From NCBI GenBank assembly GCA_040217195.1, contig JAVJNR010000006.1, positions 128,001 through 192,000 on the forward strand: a stretch of 64,000 nucleotides of DNA, in the 5' to 3' direction. The notes beneath the pieces are model-generated. The model ran no database searches. It was not told where the DNA came from and saw nothing but the letters and a program-made list of their open reading frames with translations. Shown one piece after another: positions 61,055 through 64,000 of the stretch; position 1 is the stretch's first letter; every line of letters begins with the position of its first letter. The stretch comes from Leptospiraceae bacterium (GTDB taxonomy: Bacteria; Spirochaetota; Leptospiria; Leptospirales; Leptonemataceae). The position numbers and the translations under genes were made by a program.

Positions 61055-62848
61055 GTGTCTTTCAGCTTAGAGCAATTCAAAGAAAAATTCCCGGTCCCTC
61101 CTGAGTGCTTGAACTCTGGAGAAGCTTTCGAATATTTCTGGACTTATGATTTAACTGTAGAGCCGGAGGACTTCTGGCCCTTCATCGCGGACTCCTCAAG
61201 AATGAATCGGGAGGTGGGTTACGAAGAAGTTCATTATGAAGAAAAAGATGGAGTTCTGCATGGTTGGTCCGGCGAAGGCCGACTCCGGCAAGAATGGATC
61301 GAATATCCGTTCGAATGGAATTATCCGGTATTTATCCGGCGACTTAGGAAGTATTCTGTAGGATTGCCTGATTATAATTTCATTCAGGGATACATTGAGC
61401 CTCTTGAACAAGGGTGTAGAGTCTACATCCACAATGTAGTCTATTCCAATCATCCTCTGGCGCGAAAGTTTCTGCCACGTTACCTGGCGCCCTTCGGCGA
61501 GCGCTACGGTGCCACTTTTGCTAAAGCGGTACAGGCCATAAATAATAACCATAGTCTGGATGTAGTGTATCCCCCGGTGCCTATACAGATCGGCGAAGAT
61601 GCTAAACGGAATCTGGAGGAAAGATTGCTTAAGCTCAGGCAGTCTGGATTCGAAGCAAATGAAGTTTCTGCGATGAAGGAATACATCCTCCGGACCGATT
61701 CCAATGAATTGTTTCGCATTCGTCCTCTGGCATTGAAAGCTCCAGTTACAGATCCGGATCGTCGAATTTCAGCTTTTTTGCATGGAGTGCTCTGTGGTCT
61801 ATTTACTATGAATTATGAGGTTATTTGCCCACATTGTAGGGGAAGTCGTGAAAGCCTTGCCTCCCTGGCACAGGTGCCGGTTCGTTCCGAGTGTCACATT
61901 TGCGAAATTGAATTTAACTCAGGGGGCAAAGAATCCATCGAGATTACTTTCCGGTTGCATCCTGCTATTGCAGAGACCTACCAACAATTCTATTGTGCAG
62001 CGGAGCCTTCGCGCAAGACTCATGTGCGAATTCAAAGAATTCTGGAGCCTGGAGAACAGAGCTTTCCGGTAAACCTTACCGCGGGTCGATATCGATTTCT
62101 ACTTCAAAGACAGCAATTGCCTCTGGCCGCTGACTTCAAGAAAGAGGAAACCGCTATTCCCGGATTGAATGGCAAATGCGAGCTGGAAAATCCATTTAAC
62201 AAGAGATCACTGCTTATGGTCGAAGAGCCCGGAGAATCAGTGGTCGCGCTACGTCCCTCCAGACTTTTCGGAATGCAAGAATTCAGAGATTTATTCACAG
62301 GCGAACAGCTATCTACAGATCTGCAGATAGACCTGGGAACTCAGACCATTACTTTTGTGGATATTGTAGGTTCTACCGGATTCTATGAAGACCAGGGAGA
62401 CGGACCAGCTTTTGAAGCGGTAAAGAAGCATTTTGAATTCTTTTTCGATATTGTCCAGAAGCATAAAGGAGCGGTCATCAAGACCATTGGTGATGGTGCC
62501 ATGTTTTGCTTTCCATCTTCTTCGCAGGCCTTGCGGGCAGGCCTGGAGGCCATGGAGCAGTTACGATCCAGACGCGATGAGCTGGGGTTGAGTTTTAGAT
62601 ATACAATGCATGAAGGTCCCTGTCTGGCCGTTAACTTTAACACCGGCATCGATTATTTCGGGAGCACTGTGAATCTTGCAGCCAAATTGCAGAATGTTAC
62701 CGGGGCCAATGAGATTGGACTGTCCGAGAAGCTGTTTCGCTCCGATGCCATTCAGGGAATTCTCACAGATCGAAAGCCATCTGTTCAGTCCGTGATTCTG
62801 GAATATGACAAAGGGGCCCGACGGCAAAATGCTTATGTGCTTAGCTGA
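61055..62848 (+). CDS. Class III adenylate/guanylate cyclase with DUF5939-like Zn-ribbon region
   Basis: CPHC/CHIC, FVDIVGST, KTIGDG, DYFGSTVNLAAKLQ; AGGA before GTG. Confidence 0.85.
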   Translation: MSFSLEQFKEKFPVPPECLNSGEAFEYFWTYDLTVEPEDFWPFIADSSRMNREVGYEEVHYEEKDGVLHGWSGEGRLRQEWIEYPFEWNYPVFIRRLRKYSVGLPDYNFIQGYIEPLEQGCRVYIHNVVYSNHPLARKFLPRYLAPFGERYGATFAKAVQAINNNHSLDVVYPPVPIQIGEDAKRNLEERLLKLRQSGFEANEVSAMKEYILRTDSNELFRIRPLALKAPVTDPDRRISAFLHGVLCGLFTMNYEVICPHCRGSRESLASLAQVPVRSECHICEIEFNSGGKESIEITFRLHPAIAETYQQFYCAAEPSRKTHVRIQRILEPGEQSFPVNLTAGRYRFLLQRQQLPLAADFKKEETAIPGLNGKCELENPFNKRSLLMVEEPGESVVALRPSRLFGMQEFRDLFTGEQLSTDLQIDLGTQTITFVDIVGSTGFYEDQGDGPAFEAVKKHFEFFFDIVQKHKGAVIKTIGDGAMFCFPSSSQALRAGLEAMEQLRSRRDELGLSFRYTMHEGPCLAVNFNTGIDYFGSTVNLAAKLQNVTGANEIGLSEKLFRSDAIQGILTDRKPSVQSVILEYDKGARRQNAYVLS

Positions 62849-63030
62849 TACTCTAAATAAGGAAAGGATCCACTAAAAGGAAGGGATCTACGAAGGCCGG
62901 ACCGTTTCAGTACCCCGATGGCTTGCCAATGAACTCCCGGTAATGTAGATTATTGCAGAATTACTCCTGTTAAAGGTCTTCTTTTTGACTTTCCACTGTG
63001 TGCGCCGCAAAAAAACTGACTCCAACCACA

Positions 63031-64000
63031 ATGGAAACCTCATTTCAATCCCTGGGCGTGGAGCAAGATATTCTTCATGCCCTGGAAACCAAGGGCTATA
63101 CCAGCCCAACCCCAATCCAGGCAGCCGTTATTCCCCAGCTTCTTAAGCCAGGCTCCGATGTAATGGGCCAGGCCCGTACTGGCACCGGAAAAACTGCAGC
63201 CTTTGGCATCCCCCTACTGCAGCGATGCGATCCTTCTATCAATTCTGTTCAGGCACTGGTGCTTGCTCCTACCAGGGAGCTGGCAATGCAGGTTTGCACG
63301 GAAATGCAATCCATGCAGGGGAATAAAAAGCTGAAGCTGGCTCTACTCTACGGCGGTGCCGGAATGACTACGCAGATTCAAGCCCTGCGAAAGGGAGCTC
63401 ACATTGCAGTGGGTACTCCGGGCCGAGTCCTGGATCATGTTCGTTCCGGTCGCTTAAAGCTGGACGATTTGCAGTTTCTGGTACTGGATGAAGCGGATCG
63501 AATGCTGGATATGGGCTTTCAGGATGAACTGGAAGCCATTGTAGAAAGTGCCGGACCGGATCGCCAGACTCTGATGTTTTCGGCTACCTTCACTCCTGAG
63601 ATTCGAAAAGCAGCTTCCACCTATATGAAGAAATTCGAAATGGTGAAGGCTGAAGAAAGCGGTGTGAAGCAGTCCAACACTCGCATGGTTGCCTACGAAG
63701 TGTACGGCCGCGATAAGCGTGAGGCCTTGCGCCGAATACTGCATGCATCAGAAGATTTCTACGGACTAATATTTTGCGCTCGAAAATCCGATGTGGATGA
63801 TCTATCTCAATTCCTGGACAAGAAGGGCTTCGATGCAGAGGGATTGCATGGAGATATGTCCCAGCCTGCTCGGGAAAAGGTCCTGGGCCGACTCAAGAAA
63901 AAGAAGCTTAGCATACTTGTGGCCACCGATGTTGCGGCTCGTGGTATTGATGTAAATGATCTTGGATATGTAGTTAACTACGATATTCCAGACAGTGCCG
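63031..64000 (+). CDS. DEAD-box RNA helicase (DeaD/CshA-like), runs off the window end
   Basis: Not in the ORF track. Manual translation METSFQSLG...PTPIQ, ARTGTGKT, PTRELA, GTPGR, DEAD, SAT, ATDVAARGID. Confidence 0.93.
   Translation, partial: METSFQSLGVEQDILHALETKGYTSPTPIQAAVIPQLLKPGSDVMGQARTGTGKTAAFGIPLLQRCDPSINSVQALVLAPTRELAMQVCTEMQSMQGNKKLKLALLYGGAGMTTQIQALRKGAHIAVGTPGRVLDHVRSGRLKLDDLQFLVLDEADRMLDMGFQDELEAIVESAGPDRQTLMFSATFTPEIRKAASTYMKKFEMVKAEESGVKQSNTRMVAYEVYGRDKREALRRILHASEDFYGLIFCARKSDVDDLSQFLDKKGFDAEGLHGDMSQPAREKVLGRLKKKKLSILVATDVAARGIDVNDLGYVVNYDIPDSA

Noticed and set aside
11349..63744. Numerous 60-250 aa ORFs antisense to or nested in long genes (e.g. 11349-11960, 27869-28621, 59423-59863, 63454-63744)
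   Set aside because: They are shadow ORFs of well-supported genes and carry no motifs.
1..64000. tRNA, rRNA, IS, integrase or prophage
   Set aside because: No cloverleaf, rRNA signature, transposase, integrase or phage gene was recognised by eye; a tRNAscan/Infernal run would be needed to be sure.

Overview
This is a 64 kb bacterial chromosomal window of about 50% GC. Gene content (flhF-flhG-membrane ORF-fliA order, 7TM-DISM sensors, SpoIIE phosphatase, many Cys lipoproteins) suggests a Leptospiraceae-like spirochaete; that assignment is inference. It carries about 50 CDS: an AsmA/TamB-like envelope operon, surface lipoproteins, signalling genes, flagellar regulators, fbaB, pyk, serB, a stand-alone rpsD, dps, msrA, a TerC-family gene and a DEAD-box helicase. 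I saw no rRNA, tRNA, CRISPR array or mobile element. Best leads: (1) a small basic ArfA-like ORF (9740-9961) whose coding sequence contains an intrinsic terminator before the stop codon, the design of tmRNA-controlled ribosome-rescue factors; (2) a complete sigma54 module of membrane-anchored enhancer-binding protein, triple palindromic UAS, -24/-12 promoter and a divergent secreted M19-like amidohydrolase; (3) a 989-codon protein-glutaminase-like/M20 amidohydrolase fusion with reordered M20 motifs, split by one in-frame TAG; (4) an MshEN-like/cNMP/patatin phospholipase; (5) a Per/Irr-type box before dps, a 36-bp tandem repeat and a SnoaL-like pseudogene missing from the ORF track. All family assignments come from motif recognition by eye; no database search was run.
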